A DNA stretch of 64,000 bases from an uncultured cyanobacterium (GCA_963719515.1 CAVRCJ010000010.1:672001-736000), one strand, 5' to 3'. Shown: positions 48,756-60,130, counted from the first letter of the stretch. The notes: generated from the sequence alone by a model not told the origin. Numbers and translations: made by a program.

Positions 48756-50561
48756 TTAGCCTAGCGCCGCCGCCATCCAGCCTTGAATCGTGGTTACTAC
48801 ATCACCTAGGGCAATGTCTTGCGCCTCGTGGGTGGCCCGCTTCACCACTTCGACTTTGCCCTGCTTGAGCGATCGCCCTGTCACCACTCGGTAGGGCACA
48901 CCAATCAGGTCGGCGTCTTTGAACTTAAAGCCAGCCCGGCTATCGCGGTCGTCCAGCAGGGTCTCAATGCCCGCCGCGTTGAGCTGAGCGTACAGATCTT
49001 CGGCGGCGCTCATCTGGGTCTCGTCGGTGATGTTGGGGACGATGACAATGGCGTGGTAAGGGGCGATCGCCACCGGCCAAATGATGCCGTCTTTGTCGTA
49101 GGACTGCTCCACGGCGGACTGGGCCAGCCGAGAGACGCCGACGCCGTAGCAGCCCATCACCAGGGGTTCCTCGCTACCCGACTCGGCGGCGAAAGTGGCC
49201 CCTAGCGCCTTGGAGTACTTGGTGCCCAGCTGAAAAATATGGCCAATTTCAATGCCCCGCGCCGACTGGATGGTTTGGCTGGGGTCATGCTTGGCGCGAT
49301 CGCCCACCGCCGCCGTGCGCAAGTCCACCACAGTTTTGGGCAAGGTAAACTCTTTTCCCCAGCTGGCCCCCACCACGTGGTAGCCCGACTCGTTGGAGCC
49401 GGTCACAAAGCTTCTTAGGTCTACAGCGGTGTGGTCCACCAGTCGCAGGAACTTGGGGGCCAGGCTTTCGGTTGACGTAATATAGTCATCCGACAGGTCC
49501 GGCGCGATGTATCCCAAGGGCAGTGGCTGCGACGCCCATTTCGCCTGCGCCTCGGCGTCGGGCACTTCTAGCGCAATCACCGCGCTGCCGCCGTAGTCTG
49601 CCGCCGCCTTGGTCAGCTCGTTATATAGCTTCGTCTCGTTGACGTCTTGGTCGCCGCGAATGCTCACCAACACCAGCACCGCCTTGCCGTTGTCGTAGGT
49701 CACCTGGTACAGGACGTTTTTAACGATTTGGGTGGGGGAGCACTTGAGGAATTTGGCCAGGGAGGCAATGGTGGGAGTGTTGGGGGTTTCTAGCTTTTCG
49801 TAGGTCTCGAAACTGGAGGGCACCGCATCGGTGGGCAAAGACACCGCCTTCTCCACGTTGGCGGCGTATTTTCCGTCCTCTGTATAGAGCACCTCGTCTT
49901 CCCCGGCCTCCGCCAGCACCATGAATTCCTGAGACCCGGAGCCGCCGATGGCCCCTGAGTCGGCGTCCACGGCCCGAAACGCCAGCCCGCAGCGCTTCAG
50001 GATTTTGCAGTAGGCGTCGTTCATGGCGGCGTAGGTCTTCTTTAGGTCTGCCTCGCTGCTGTGAAACGAGTAGGCGTCCTTCATAATGAACTCCCGCCCC
50101 CGCATCAGGCCAAATCGGGGCCGAATCTCGTCGCGAAACTTGGTTTGAATTTGGTAGAGATTGACGGGAAGCTGCCGGTAGGAGCGAATCATGTCCCGCG
50201 CCACGGCGGTAATCACCTCTTCGTGGGTAGGGCCGAGGCCCATCTCCTGGTCTAGGCGGTCGGTGAGGGAGAACATGATGCCCTCAGCCTTGGTATAGGT
50301 GTCCCAGCGGCCCGACTCCTGCCACAGCTCGGCGGGCTGAATCTGCGGCAGCAGACATTCCTGCGCCCCGGTGGCGTCCATCTCTTCGCGCACAATCTGC
50401 GACACCTTCTGCAGCACCCGCCACATCAGGGGCAGGTAGGCGTAGACGCCGCGAGCGATGCGGCGGATATAGCCCGCCCGCACCAGCAGCTTGTGGCTGG
50501 GAATTTCCGCTTCGGCTGGATCTTCTTTGAGGGTGACAAAGAGCATCTGGGACAGCCGCAT
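48756..50561 (-). CDS. proS: proline--tRNA ligase
   Basis: [39 protein letters not shown]. Confidence 0.98.
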   Translation of the reverse strand: MRLSQMLFVTLKEDPAEAEIPSHKLLVRAGYIRRIARGVYAYLPLMWRVLQKVSQIVREEMDATGAQECLLPQIQPAELWQESGRWDTYTKAEGIMFSLTDRLDQEMGLGPTHEEVITAVARDMIRSYRQLPVNLYQIQTKFRDEIRPRFGLMRGREFIMKDAYSFHSSEADLKKTYAAMNDAYCKILKRCGLAFRAVDADSGAIGGSGSQEFMVLAEAGEDEVLYTEDGKYAANVEKAVSLPTDAVPSSFETYEKLETPNTPTIASLAKFLKCSPTQIVKNVLYQVTYDNGKAVLVLVSIRGDQDVNETKLYNELTKAAADYGGSAVIALEVPDAEAQAKWASQPLPLGYIAPDLSDDYITSTESLAPKFLRLVDHTAVDLRSFVTGSNESGYHVVGASWGKEFTLPKTVVDLRTAAVGDRAKHDPSQTIQSARGIEIGHIFQLGTKYSKALGATFAAESGSEEPLVMGCYGVGVSRLAQSAVEQSYDKDGIIWPVAIAPYHAIVIVPNITDETQMSAAEDLYAQLNAAGIETLLDDRDSRAGFKFKDADLIGVPYRVVTGRSLKQGKVEVVKRATHEAQDIALGDVVTTIQGWMAAALG

Positions 50562-50833
50562 AGTCGTTTCCTTTGGGGTTCGGTGGAGGTCAGTTGAGGC
50601 TACTATAGCTTGTTTCTGTTCTCAATCTATTGCGTCATCCCTATCGCCTAAAACAGCGCTTTTGGCCCAAAACTTGACTTCAACCCCAGCTTTTGGACCC
50701 GACTTTACCGAGGGGGTAAGGCAGGCAATTGCCCTATCGCCTCAGGAATGAATCGGGACAGCTGCGGCAACCCGCTAAAATGGAATGCGGCGATCGCCTC
50801 TAGCTCCGCCCTATACACCTACCTGCACAATCT

Positions 50834-52279
50834 ATGTCTGTCCGCGTTCGCATTGCCCCTAGCCCTACTGGAAGTCTCCACATCGGCACCGCCCGCACGG
50901 CGGTGTTTAACTGGCTCTTTGCCCGTCACCACGGCGGTACCTTCATTATTCGCATTGAAGACACCGACGAAGAGCGATCGCGTCCGGAGTACACCGACAA
51001 TATTTTAGAGGGGCTGAGCTGGCTGGGGCTACATTGGGACGAGGGGCCGCTCTATCAAAGCCAGCGGCTGGAGCTGTATAAGCAGATGGTGCAAAAGCTC
51101 CTGGATCGAGGCTTGGCCTATCGCTGCTACACCAGCGAAGAGGAGTTAAACGCGCTGCGGGCCTCCCAAGAAGCCAAGGGACAGGCCCCCCGCTACGACA
51201 ACCGCCACCGCAACCTGACCCCAGAGCAGGAGGCTGAGTTTCAGGCCGAGGGGCGGCTTCCCGTGGTGCGCTTCAAAATTGAGGATAGCCGCGATATTGC
51301 CTGGTCAGACGTGGTGCGGGGCACCGTAGCCTGGAGCACCAACGACCTCGGGGGGGATATGGTGATTGCGCGGCGGGCTCCCGCAGACGAAATTGGCCAG
51401 CCTCTCTATAACTTTGTGGTGGTGGTGGACGACGCCGACATGGGCATCACCCACGTCATTCGCGGCGAAGACCACATCGCCAACACCGCCAAGCAAATTT
51501 TGCTCTACGAAGCGCTGCAGGCCCAGGTACCCCTATTCGCCCACACGCCGCTAATCCTCAGCCCTGCGGGGAAAAAGCTCTCTAAGCGAGATGGCGTTAC
51601 CTCCATCTCCGACTTCCAGGCCATGGGCTACATGCCCGAGGCGCTGGTCAACTACATGAGCCTGCTGGGCTGGTCGCCACCGGATGCCACCCAGGAGCGC
51701 TTTACCCTGGATGAGGCGGCGCAGCAGTTCAGCTTTGAGCGAGTGAACAAGGCCGGGGCTAAGTTCGACTGGGATAAGCTCAACTGGCTCAACTCCCAGG
51801 TGATTCACGAGACCGATGTGGCCCGGATGACGGACCTGCTGGTGCCCTACTGGCAGGAGGCGGGCTTTAATACCGACGTAGGCCGGCCCTGGCTAGAGGC
51901 GGTGACGACCCTGGTGTCCCAAAGCCTGGTGCGGCTAGATGAGGCGGTGGAAATGTGCCGCTATCTATTTGACAAGGAGTTGCCCCACGCTGAGGCGGCC
52001 CAGACTCAGCTGCAGCAGGCGGGCAGCGGACCGGTGCTAGAGGCGACCCTAGAAGCTTTAAAGGCTATGCCGCTCACCACTGCTGACGAGGCCAAGGCCG
52101 TGATTAAGCAGGTGACCAAAACCGCAGACGTCAAAAAAGGGCTGGTGATGCGATCGCTGCGGGCGGCCCTCACCTGCGATATGAAGGGGCCAGATCTGGT
52201 AGACTCCTGGCTGCTGCTGCATCAGCACGGCGTGGATACCTCGCGGCTTGACGCAGCGAAGGCGATCGCCGCGAGTTAG
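50834..52279 (+). CDS. gltX: glutamate--tRNA ligase
   Basis: [29 protein letters not shown]. Confidence 0.98.
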   Translation: MSVRVRIAPSPTGSLHIGTARTAVFNWLFARHHGGTFIIRIEDTDEERSRPEYTDNILEGLSWLGLHWDEGPLYQSQRLELYKQMVQKLLDRGLAYRCYTSEEELNALRASQEAKGQAPRYDNRHRNLTPEQEAEFQAEGRLPVVRFKIEDSRDIAWSDVVRGTVAWSTNDLGGDMVIARRAPADEIGQPLYNFVVVVDDADMGITHVIRGEDHIANTAKQILLYEALQAQVPLFAHTPLILSPAGKKLSKRDGVTSISDFQAMGYMPEALVNYMSLLGWSPPDATQERFTLDEAAQQFSFERVNKAGAKFDWDKLNWLNSQVIHETDVARMTDLLVPYWQEAGFNTDVGRPWLEAVTTLVSQSLVRLDEAVEMCRYLFDKELPHAEAAQTQLQQAGSGPVLEATLEALKAMPLTTADEAKAVIKQVTKTADVKKGLVMRSLRAALTCDMKGPDLVDSWLLLHQHGVDTSRLDAAKAIAAS

Positions 52280-52330
52280 CTACCGCATCGACTCTAGAAT
52301 TCTGCACTTAACTTGGACAGAGGAGCTGCC

Positions 52331-53053
52331 GTGTCTCGACTGCGACCTAAACAAACATTCCACCCTCTGACCTACCCTGTGACGGCGCTGGTATGGGCCG
52401 GGCTGCTAGGTCTTCCCGCTCAGGCGCAGTTCTCTGCTCCTCTACCTGCGGTTGACGAGGGGCCTGATGAGTTGCCCAACGACCTGCCAAACGATTTATC
52501 CGATGAGTTCTTTGATGAGTTGCCCAGCGAGTTGCCCAGCGAGTTGCCCAGTGAGCAACCTGACGCGCTGCCCGACGAGCTGACCCCGTCAGCCCCCATC
52601 ACGCCGCTGCCCCCCCCTATTCTGCCGCCCACCAGCGTCACCCCCACGGCGGCCCCGCTATTTGAAAACGTCACTCTCAACCCGTCGGCCCCAGACGTGA
52701 CGGTGCGGGGAATTAGCGGCGGCTCTCAGCTGGCGACCGCAGTTTCAGGCCGGCAGGAAACCAATACGGGGGTCTGTGCGGGGTACGTGGATAGCGACGC
52801 CGACCATCGCATGGTGCTCACAGATTTCTTTGACTTTCTCAGCCTCCAGGTGGAAAGCCCGGAAGACACAACGCTGGTGGTCCGGGGGCCGGGGGGTAGC
52901 TGGTGTAGCGACGACCTTGACGGGCGCAATCCTGGGGTAGTTGGGGCTTGGTCGCCGGGTGCCTATGAGATTTGGGTGGGGTCTTATCAGCCGGGGGACT
53001 ATTATCCCTATGTGATTCGGATTTCGGGGCAGGCTGAAGTCACGGAAAATTGA
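52331..53053 (+). CDS. exported protein with acidic Pro-rich linker and PPC-like domain
   Basis: GAGGAG RBS before GTG; ELPS repeats (GAGTTGCCCAGC x3 at 52517-52552); DTTLVVRGP..WCSDD..GAYEIWVG. Confidence 0.7.
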   Translation: MSRLRPKQTFHPLTYPVTALVWAGLLGLPAQAQFSAPLPAVDEGPDELPNDLPNDLSDEFFDELPSELPSELPSEQPDALPDELTPSAPITPLPPPILPPTSVTPTAAPLFENVTLNPSAPDVTVRGISGGSQLATAVSGRQETNTGVCAGYVDSDADHRMVLTDFFDFLSLQVESPEDTTLVVRGPGGSWCSDDLDGRNPGVVGAWSPGAYEIWVGSYQPGDYYPYVIRISGQAEVTEN

Positions 53054-53088
53054 CTGTAGTGGAGGGCTCTACTACAGCGTCCCCTCAA

Positions 53089-53547
53089 TCAAGGTCTCAT
53101 CTCCTCAAACATCCGGTAAGGGCACTCCGCCATCCCCAGCGCCGAGTAAGTCGCCTGCGCCTTCTCGTTCTCGCGCTCCACGTACAGCCGGAACCCGCAC
53201 ACGTTCGTCTCATTCTCCGCCAAATCCTTCACAAACTCATACAGACGGCGATAGATTCCCCGACGGCGGAACCCCGGCTCTACGTATACGCTCTGAACCC
53301 ACCAGAACAGGCCATTGCGCCAGTCGCTCCACTCCATTGTCACCATCAGCGTCGCCACGACCTTCGACTCGGCGATCGCTACGAGGTAGAACCCTAGCGC
53401 CGGGCTTTCAAGCAGGGTCTCGACACCCGCCAGCACAACCTCGGGGACTAGGGTCTTATCCTCGGTCTCATGCGCCATCGCCCGGTTAAAGTCAGCGATA
53501 ATCTGCGCGTCCCCACGCTCCGCCCGACGTATCGTTATAGAATCCAC
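53089..53547 (-). CDS. GNAT N-acetyltransferase
   Basis: EWSDWRNG, SVYVEPGFRRRG, RLYVEREN. Confidence 0.88.
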   Translation of the reverse strand: MDSITIRRAERGDAQIIADFNRAMAHETEDKTLVPEVVLAGVETLLESPALGFYLVAIAESKVVATLMVTMEWSDWRNGLFWWVQSVYVEPGFRRRGIYRRLYEFVKDLAENETNVCGFRLYVERENEKAQATYSALGMAECPYRMFEEMRP

Positions 53548-53882
53548 GCGATCGCGTCCTTACTAATCATTGATCAAGGCTAATGTCGCATCAATCATCG
53601 CGTCCTCGCTGTCTGAGTTTTCAGCGAGTACCTCCACGGTGACGGCTGCCCACAAGAAATATCTCTACGGCGCTGCCCAAAAGTTTACTGGACTGTTAAG
53701 AGATTCCGAACATTCTCGTGGATTGATGACTTTTCCATAAAACCCTCAACAATGGGGGACAGGTCTCCCTAGAGCTACGCGCCCGTAGCCTGAGGGGGAA
53801 TGCTAGATGCAACCTTACGCTTACGCTATAGGCGTAGCGTCTTTACAACACGAGCAGTTATCTGAGGGATATACAAAATCGT

Positions 53883-54323
53883 ATGGGACTTCTCGAAATC
53901 ATTCAGGATAAAGCGGTGCGAGCCAGCATCGTTGAGGATTTGACGCATTTAATCGATAAGCAGGTCGCCGCCAAGTCCGGCTTTGGCGGGTTGGCGCTCA
54001 AAACGACCTATGGCGTTGTCAAAAATATTGGGCCAGCCTACATCCCCGGCGCGGTTAGTCGCCTTCTCCCCGAGGTTTGCGGCTCACTCAACCCCATTTG
54101 GGAAGAGGGCATTGAAGCGGGTGACCCCGTCAAATACTTGAGCCAAAACAAAGAGCGCACCGCAGACGCAATCCTCAAAACGACGGATGCGAAAGCTGCA
54201 GCTACAGACAACAAGGTAATTCGCTCGTCCTACAACAAGCTACGTAACTCCGTGAAAGGGGACGTGGAGTCGGCTGTTCCAGGCATCGCTGACATCCTCG
54301 GTCGTCACGCCTTGGTGCGGTAG
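53883..54323 (+). CDS. conserved hypothetical protein
   Basis: KSGFGGLALK...ADAILKTTD...YNKLR...VESAVP; GAGGGA RBS. Confidence 0.75.
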   Translation: MGLLEIIQDKAVRASIVEDLTHLIDKQVAAKSGFGGLALKTTYGVVKNIGPAYIPGAVSRLLPEVCGSLNPIWEEGIEAGDPVKYLSQNKERTADAILKTTDAKAAATDNKVIRSSYNKLRNSVKGDVESAVPGIADILGRHALVR

Positions 54324-54340
54324 AGCGTTGGGGCATTAGC

Positions 54341-54546
54341 CTTCTGGTGCGGCCTCTGGTGCGGCCTCTGGCGCGACCTCTGGCACGAGTCTACGGGCAC
54401 AGGGCCCAAACCATACTTCTACTGCAGTGCTCTAGCTGCAGTGCTTTAGGCCAGTGCTCTAGACCTTAGCTCCCCCAAAACTATTCAGCTGTCCGATGGC
54501 GGGCAGCACTTTTTTTGGCGTCATCGGCTTTTTGGCGTCATCGGCA
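54341..54546 (+). repeat. cluster of short tandem repeats
   Basis: CTCTGGTGCGGC-type 12-mers x4; (CTG)CAGTGCT(C/T)TAG x3; TTTTTGGCGTCATCGGC x2. Confidence 0.75.
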
Positions 54547-54917
54547 GGTTGCCGAAATTTGCCGCTGCGCTGCGAGGGCAAGAAAACGCGGTGCGTACCT
54601 TTAGGTTATTTGGGCTGTGCTCGCGCTGGACACAACACGCTTTGACAGGGAGCCGTTTTGTCTAGGTGCCTTCACAGAGAATAAGATTTGGGCCTTCATC
54701 CCGCTGTTGTCAAGGCTGCTTGGCTACAAAACCTGCTGATCCCGAGAGCAAGAATCTAAGTTAATTTACAGATTATTGATTTATGCGTTTTTGAGAGCAA
54801 TTTTGAAAATAGACGGGTTTTACTGCTTCTAGTCAACGGAACGGGCCGTCTAGACTGCTTTGATAGCTAGGCGGCTCAACCCAATCAGGTCATAGCTACT
54901 AGATGAGGAGGCCACTT

Positions 54918-57728
54918 ATGTCGATCAATCGCCGCGAGTTCTTCATGTTGGGAGCCGGACTGGGCATCGGCAGCTTCAGATTCGGCGCCGCGGCCCGCGC
55001 TGAGGCGATAGATGCAGGCCAGCTGCCGCGATCGCTTCAGCAATTCCCCGCGCTGATGGCACAGGTAAGCGGCTCGGTTGGGGGTGCGGTTGTTCCGGGG
55101 CGACACAGCGGCTTCATGGTGCAGAGCGACTATGGGGCGGCCAACAACTTCGAAGTGGTGTTTCACAGCGCCGCTGAGGGTTTGGCCCAGGTGTACCGCG
55201 ACAACGCCCAGCCCCAGTTTCCCTGGATTGGCCCTTTGCCCCCGGAGTATTTCTTTACCTGCGGGCCGTCTGGGCAGACGGGCAAGGCGCTGCACGGCAG
55301 CTTCTTTGGGGCAGGGGAGGCTTCCGACGTATCGCTGATCCAGAGCAACTTTAAGGACTTTGGCAGCAAGAACGGTCATCTAGAGCTGGTGGTGCGCCAT
55401 GGCGATAGGCTGGCCCTCTACTGGCGGGCGAGCGCCGCCCCACTGCTGTGGAATGGCCCCCTCTATCTGCCTGCAGCCACTCATACAGGTAACCCCGCCT
55501 TCATTCAGGGCGACTTCGGCACCCTCGGCAACTTTGAGCTAGTAGCCCCCCACGACGGCAGCGGGCTGCTGCACTACGTCCGCATCAACGACGATCCTGC
55601 CGTGCCTTGGGCGGGGCCGACGACCTTCGGCCAGCAGTTGGGCAAAGTGGATGCCGTAGCGCTCATTCAAAGCGACTACGTCGACGCTGGAGAAGGCAAC
55701 GGCCACATGGAGGCGATCGCCCGCGTCGGCAACAAGCTCTTTTCTCTGTGGCGCGAATCGAAAGAGCCCTACGGCTGGACGCTGCTGCCCCAGGCCATTA
55801 CTGACGAGGTAGGGGGCTTAGCGGTCACGGGGATTCCTGGCTTCGTTCAAACCCAGGACCGCGACTTTCATCTAGTCGTGCCGGTTGCCGAGGGCGGGTT
55901 GGCGCACCTGCGCCGTCAAAACAGCGTCGATACCGCCTGGGTTCTAGAAGACACCTTTGCGCCTGGCGTCGATGCTGCCGCCGCATCGCTGCTGCAAAAC
56001 CAGTTTGGCGGCGGGCTGGAGCTGCTGGTGCGGGTAAACGAGTCATCTCAGTTCCAGCACTTTTTCGCCAGCGTCGGAGAGAGCTGGAGCGCGGGCGGAG
56101 AGTTTGCCGAAGCGGCTGCGGATAGTCCCGCCAGCACAGGGGAATGGACCGTGCCCTACAGCCTCGACTTTGGCACCGTCGGCATCCACGCCGCTTTGCT
56201 CAACACCGGTAAGGTGCTGCTGGTGGGCTACGAAGATATTGTGGAAAACGAAAACAGCGCCGTCTCTATCTTGGACCCCAGAACCGGCCAGCAGACTAAC
56301 GCCCTGCCCAACCCCCAGCGCAATAAGTTTTGCTGCGGCCACGCCTTTTTGCCCGACGGGCGGCTGGTGCTGGCCTCCGGCAACGTGGGGGAAACCAGCG
56401 CCAAGTCCCTGCACACCTTCACCCCCAGCGGCGATGGGGGCACCTGGACCGACTTTGGCAGCATGAGCGGCGGCGTCCGCTGGTATCCCACCTGCACCAC
56501 GCTGCCGGACGGACGCGTGTTCATCCTGGCGGGGACGGCCCAGGTGTTCACCACCATCCAGCAGTCCACCTGCTCCCAAGACTTTATTGGCGGCACCGGC
56601 ACCCCCCGCACCATCAACAAGACCTACGAAATCTTTGACGGCAGCAGCAAGGGCAATTCGATCGCGGTGCCGGAGCTGTTTGAGGACTGCGAGGACAGCC
56701 TCGGGCTATACGGGCTGTATCCCTTTGTGTTCGTCATGCCCGACGGGCGGCTGATGATCCACGGCAACACCCGCACCTACTTCCTAGACGTGAACACCAA
56801 CGCCGTTGAACCCCTGCCCAGCCGGACCCAAATCAAGACCTCCCGCACCTATCCATCAGAAGGCTCCGCTGTGATGCTGCCGCTGCTGCCGGAGAAGGGC
56901 TATCAGGCCCGGGTGATGCTGATTGGCGGTGGGGTGTCCTGCTCCTTTGTGCCCTCCAGCAACCCCAACTGCGGCCAGGGCCAGCCCATCACCCCCGACG
57001 GCAACCCCATCCAAACCGCCTGCCTCGACAAGCGGGACGACTGGCCCACCACCAATACCTGTGAGGTGCTGGACCTCAACGCTCCCGAGCAGGGCTGGAG
57101 CTTCACCGCCGCCATGAAGAGCGGTCGGGTGATGCCCGACGCGGTGCTGCTGCCCGACGGCACGGTGTTTGTCTGCAGCGGCAGCAGCACCGGAACAGCG
57201 GACGTGGCCCGCACGCCGGTTTTAGAAGCCGAGATCTACGACCCCGAGCAAAACAAGTGGACCAGCGTCGCCGCCATGCATGTCCCCCGGCTCTACCACG
57301 CCGCCGCCATCCTGCTGCCCAGCGGCGAGGTGCTGACCTCGGGCACCGACAAGTTCTACAACATCGAGCCCTTTGACCATGCGGAGAACCGGGTGGAGGT
57401 GTTTAAGCCGCCCTATCTATTTAAGGGAGAGCGGCCCGCGATCGCTGCCGTCACGGGGCAGGTGGGCTACGGCGACCTGTTTAGCGTCAACACGCCCGAT
57501 GCGGGCGCTGTAAAGTCGGCCTGCTTTATTGCGTTGGGGGCGAGCACCCACTCGTTTAATATGCAGCAGCGGTTTGTGGGGCTGGAGATTAGCAATCAGG
57601 GCGGCGGTGAGCTGCTGCTGAAGGCTCCGCCCAACGCCAACATTGCCCCTCCGGGGTTCTACATGCTGTTTTTGGTGAATCAGCAGGGGGTACCGTCAGA
57701 GGCGAAGTTTGTGAAGCTGCAGGCTTAG
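54918..57728 (+). CDS. Tat-exported copper radical oxidase (galactose/glyoxal oxidase-like, AA5) with N-terminal beta-propeller
   Basis: SINRREFF Tat motif; FCCGH, RWYPT, RLYH, THSFN; C-terminal APPGFYMLF. Confidence 0.88.
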   Translation: MSINRREFFMLGAGLGIGSFRFGAAARAEAIDAGQLPRSLQQFPALMAQVSGSVGGAVVPGRHSGFMVQSDYGAANNFEVVFHSAAEGLAQVYRDNAQPQFPWIGPLPPEYFFTCGPSGQTGKALHGSFFGAGEASDVSLIQSNFKDFGSKNGHLELVVRHGDRLALYWRASAAPLLWNGPLYLPAATHTGNPAFIQGDFGTLGNFELVAPHDGSGLLHYVRINDDPAVPWAGPTTFGQQLGKVDAVALIQSDYVDAGEGNGHMEAIARVGNKLFSLWRESKEPYGWTLLPQAITDEVGGLAVTGIPGFVQTQDRDFHLVVPVAEGGLAHLRRQNSVDTAWVLEDTFAPGVDAAAASLLQNQFGGGLELLVRVNESSQFQHFFASVGESWSAGGEFAEAAADSPASTGEWTVPYSLDFGTVGIHAALLNTGKVLLVGYEDIVENENSAVSILDPRTGQQTNALPNPQRNKFCCGHAFLPDGRLVLASGNVGETSAKSLHTFTPSGDGGTWTDFGSMSGGVRWYPTCTTLPDGRVFILAGTAQVFTTIQQSTCSQDFIGGTGTPRTINKTYEIFDGSSKGNSIAVPELFEDCEDSLGLYGLYPFVFVMPDGRLMIHGNTRTYFLDVNTNAVEPLPSRTQIKTSRTYPSEGSAVMLPLLPEKGYQARVMLIGGGVSCSFVPSSNPNCGQGQPITPDGNPIQTACLDKRDDWPTTNTCEVLDLNAPEQGWSFTAAMKSGRVMPDAVLLPDGTVFVCSGSSTGTADVARTPVLEAEIYDPEQNKWTSVAAMHVPRLYHAAAILLPSGEVLTSGTDKFYNIEPFDHAENRVEVFKPPYLFKGERPAIAAVTGQVGYGDLFSVNTPDAGAVKSACFIALGASTHSFNMQQRFVGLEISNQGGGELLLKAPPNANIAPPGFYMLFLVNQQGVPSEAKFVKLQA

Positions 57729-57927
57729 GCTTGCCGCTCTCTGGCGACTCTCTGGCACGCAGTGACCTCAGCGCTATCCGTAGAGGACCTACCGATAGCG
57801 CTGACGCTGAAGGTGGCGATGCTAAGCTAGACTGCGTTTGAGGCGTTGGTGAAAGATTGGCCCCAAAAGGCGATCGCTCTTTAGCCATGGTGAAGCCCTC
57901 AAACCCGCTGCTGACCGCCTATAGCCC

Positions 57928-59391
57928 ATGCCCCGTACGCCTACCCTCCGCTTCGATCGCGGCACCTTGATCCTCCACCCCCCGCCCCGAGGTAAAGCCT
58001 GGATTGACTACGCGACCTGGGACGATCGCGTCGAGCGGTTTCGCGTACCGGCCATCCGCTACCGCGAGCTGGTGGAAACCCTACAGGGGGAGACCAGCGC
58101 CTTCACCGACAACGCTAAAGCCTTCGAGCCCCTGACCCTGACGCCCCAGCTGACTCTCACCCCCTACCCCCACCAGCAGCAGGCCCTCGACGCTTGGACG
58201 ACGGCGGGGCGACGGGGCGTGGTGGTGCTGCCTACCGCTGCCGGAAAGACCTACCTCGCCCAAATGGCCCTGCAGGCCACCCCGCGCAGCACGCTGATCA
58301 CCGTCCCCACCTTGGACCTGATGCACCAGTGGTACGCCCACCTTAAAACTGCTTTTCCCGACGCAGATGTGGGGCTGCTGGGGGGCGGGAGCCGCGATAA
58401 GTCCGCCATCCTCGTCGCCACTTACGACAGCGCCGCCATCAACGCTGAACACATCGGCAACCGCTACGGCCTGCTGATCTGCGATGAGTGCCACCACCTG
58501 CCCAGCGACTTTAACCGCGTCATCGCCGAATATGCGATCGCCCCCTACCGCCTCGGCCTGACGGCGACCCCCGATCGCTCCGACGGTCGCCACGCCGATT
58601 TAGACCAGCTGCTGGGTCCAGTGGTCTATCACCGCACGGCGGAGGAGCTGGCGGGACAGGCGCTGGCGCAGCACGAGATTGTGCAGATCAAGGTGGCGCT
58701 GTCGGAAAATGAGCGCGATCGCTACGACCATCTCATCGACGTTCGCAACCGCTTTTTACAGGAAAACAACATTTTTTTGGGGAGCCTGCAGGGGTGGCAG
58801 CGGTTTGTTGGGGCCAGTGCCCGCTCGAAGGCGGGACGGCGGGCTATGCTGGCTCACCGGGAAGCGAAGGCGATCGCCTTGGGGACGGCGGGCAAGCTGA
58901 AGGTGCTGGCAGACTTGCTCACCCAGCACTACCCCGAGCAAACGCTAATTTTCACTAACGATAACGCCACGGTGTACCGCATTTCTCAAGACTTCCTCAT
59001 TCCCGCCATCACCCACCAGACCCCCGTTAAAGAGCGCCACGAAGTGCTGCAGCGCTTCCGCGAAGGGACGTATCGGGTGCTGGTGGCTTCCCACGTGCTC
59101 AACGAGGGGGTGGATGTGCCTGCAGCGAGCGTGGCGGTGCTGCTGTCGGGGTCGGGGTCTGCTCGGGAGTATATTCAGCGGCTGGGTCGGGTGCTGCGGA
59201 AGGGGGACGGCACGAAGTACGCCCGGATGTATGAGGTCGTGGCGGAGGAGACGGCGGAAGAAGGGGTGTCGCGGCGACGACGGCAGGCTCCTGCGCGGCC
59301 ATCGGGGCAGCTGACGCTGGTGCCTGAACCCTATGAGGTTACTCCGCAGAGCCCGCGAGCGGCTGAAGACGGCAGCGACTACGACAAGTAG
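57928..59391 (+). CDS. XPB/SSL2-like superfamily 2 helicase
   Basis: LPTAAGKT, DECHH, LGLTAT, EGVDVP, QRLGRVLR. Confidence 0.92.
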   Translation: MPRTPTLRFDRGTLILHPPPRGKAWIDYATWDDRVERFRVPAIRYRELVETLQGETSAFTDNAKAFEPLTLTPQLTLTPYPHQQQALDAWTTAGRRGVVVLPTAAGKTYLAQMALQATPRSTLITVPTLDLMHQWYAHLKTAFPDADVGLLGGGSRDKSAILVATYDSAAINAEHIGNRYGLLICDECHHLPSDFNRVIAEYAIAPYRLGLTATPDRSDGRHADLDQLLGPVVYHRTAEELAGQALAQHEIVQIKVALSENERDRYDHLIDVRNRFLQENNIFLGSLQGWQRFVGASARSKAGRRAMLAHREAKAIALGTAGKLKVLADLLTQHYPEQTLIFTNDNATVYRISQDFLIPAITHQTPVKERHEVLQRFREGTYRVLVASHVLNEGVDVPAASVAVLLSGSGSAREYIQRLGRVLRKGDGTKYARMYEVVAEETAEEGVSRRRRQAPARPSGQLTLVPEPYEVTPQSPRAAEDGSDYDK

Positions 59392-59406
59392 GGTGATTTG
59401 CGATTT

Positions 59407-59449
59407 GCAAAGCGGTGGCGCTTCGGCATAAAGAGCGCCACCGCTTTGC
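59407..59449. terminator. hairpin between convergent genes
   Basis: Perfect 16-bp IR GCAAAGCGGTGGCGCT/AGCGCCACCGCTTTGC. Confidence 0.75.
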
Positions 59450-59450
59450 T

Positions 59451-59873
59451 TTAGACTGCCCTTTGCTCAATGAGGTAGCTGATCACCTGGCCTTGGGCGG
59501 GGGTGATGTGGATACCGGTTTCCCGGACGGGCATGAGCGGGGTCCAGCGGTGGCGCTCGATGCGGCGACCGAGGTGGAGCCGGTTGATGGCGTCGATGAC
59601 GCCTTGGGGGGAGCCGATGAGGATGTGGTGGACGTAGTCGTAGTTGGCGTCTGGGCTGGGGTTGGGGAGGGCGATCGCTGGGGCGGTTTCAGGGCTGGAG
59701 GCCCTCTCCCCCAACCCCTCTCCCAAACATGGGAGAGGGGAGTTCGGTTCCCTTCCCTCGGAGTCGGGGGAAGGGCTAGGGATGGGGGCCATTTCGGGGG
59801 CTTTACTCTCGGGCATTGGGGACTGTGCCGCCTCATCGGTGGGATGGGACGACGAGCGATATTGGTTTGTCAT
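59451..59873 (-). CDS. small conserved hypothetical protein (IGSP..V..AI.RLH family), copy B
   Basis: HILIGSPQGVIDAINRLH...WTPL...HITPAQGQVISYL; paralogue of 6766-7140. Confidence 0.75.
   Translation of the reverse strand: MTNQYRSSSHPTDEAAQSPMPESKAPEMAPIPSPSPDSEGREPNSPLPCLGEGLGERASSPETAPAIALPNPSPDANYDYVHHILIGSPQGVIDAINRLHLGRRIERHRWTPLMPVRETGIHITPAQGQVISYLIEQRAV
59701..59790. repeat. REP-like palindromic element inside the copy-B ORF
   Basis: CCCTCTCCCCCAACCCCTCTCCC...GGGAGAGGGG and CCCTTCCC...GGGAAGGGCTAGGGATGGGG. Confidence 0.7.
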
Positions 59874-60095
59874 TCTTGGGGTTCCTTTTTTGTTGTGGTA
59901 GGAAACCCAGGAATTCAGCCATCCCTTGAGCGGTACTTGTTTCGGGATGGCTGTCGGAATCGCTTATGCTACCGATAGCCGCCGAAGCAGGTCTGTTCTG
60001 CTGAGGGGGTCAGGGGGCAATCGTCGGGGTCAACGGCGATCGCCTCCGTTTCAGGCTAAATTCTTGGGAGCCAAGCTGCGGAGGGCAGCTCTCAA
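59874..60095 (-). ncRNA. candidate structured 5' leader RNA, copy B
   Basis: Hairpins and boxes shared with 7141-7360; CAGCCATCCC/GGGATGGCTG stem; GGGTTTCC/GGAACCC hairpin over the RBS. Confidence 0.55.
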
Positions 60096-60101
60096 GACAA
60101 G

Positions 60102-60130
60102 ACAATAGCGTATTGGTGAGCGGGCCGCAA
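60102..60130 (-). promoter_or_regulatory. sigma70-type promoter, copy B
   Basis: TTGCGG-N17-TATTGT. Confidence 0.6.

Noticed and set aside
53755..53845. Hairpins upstream of ORF 53883 as a riboswitch or tRNA
   Set aside because: No recognisable aptamer or cloverleaf consensus and no second copy for support
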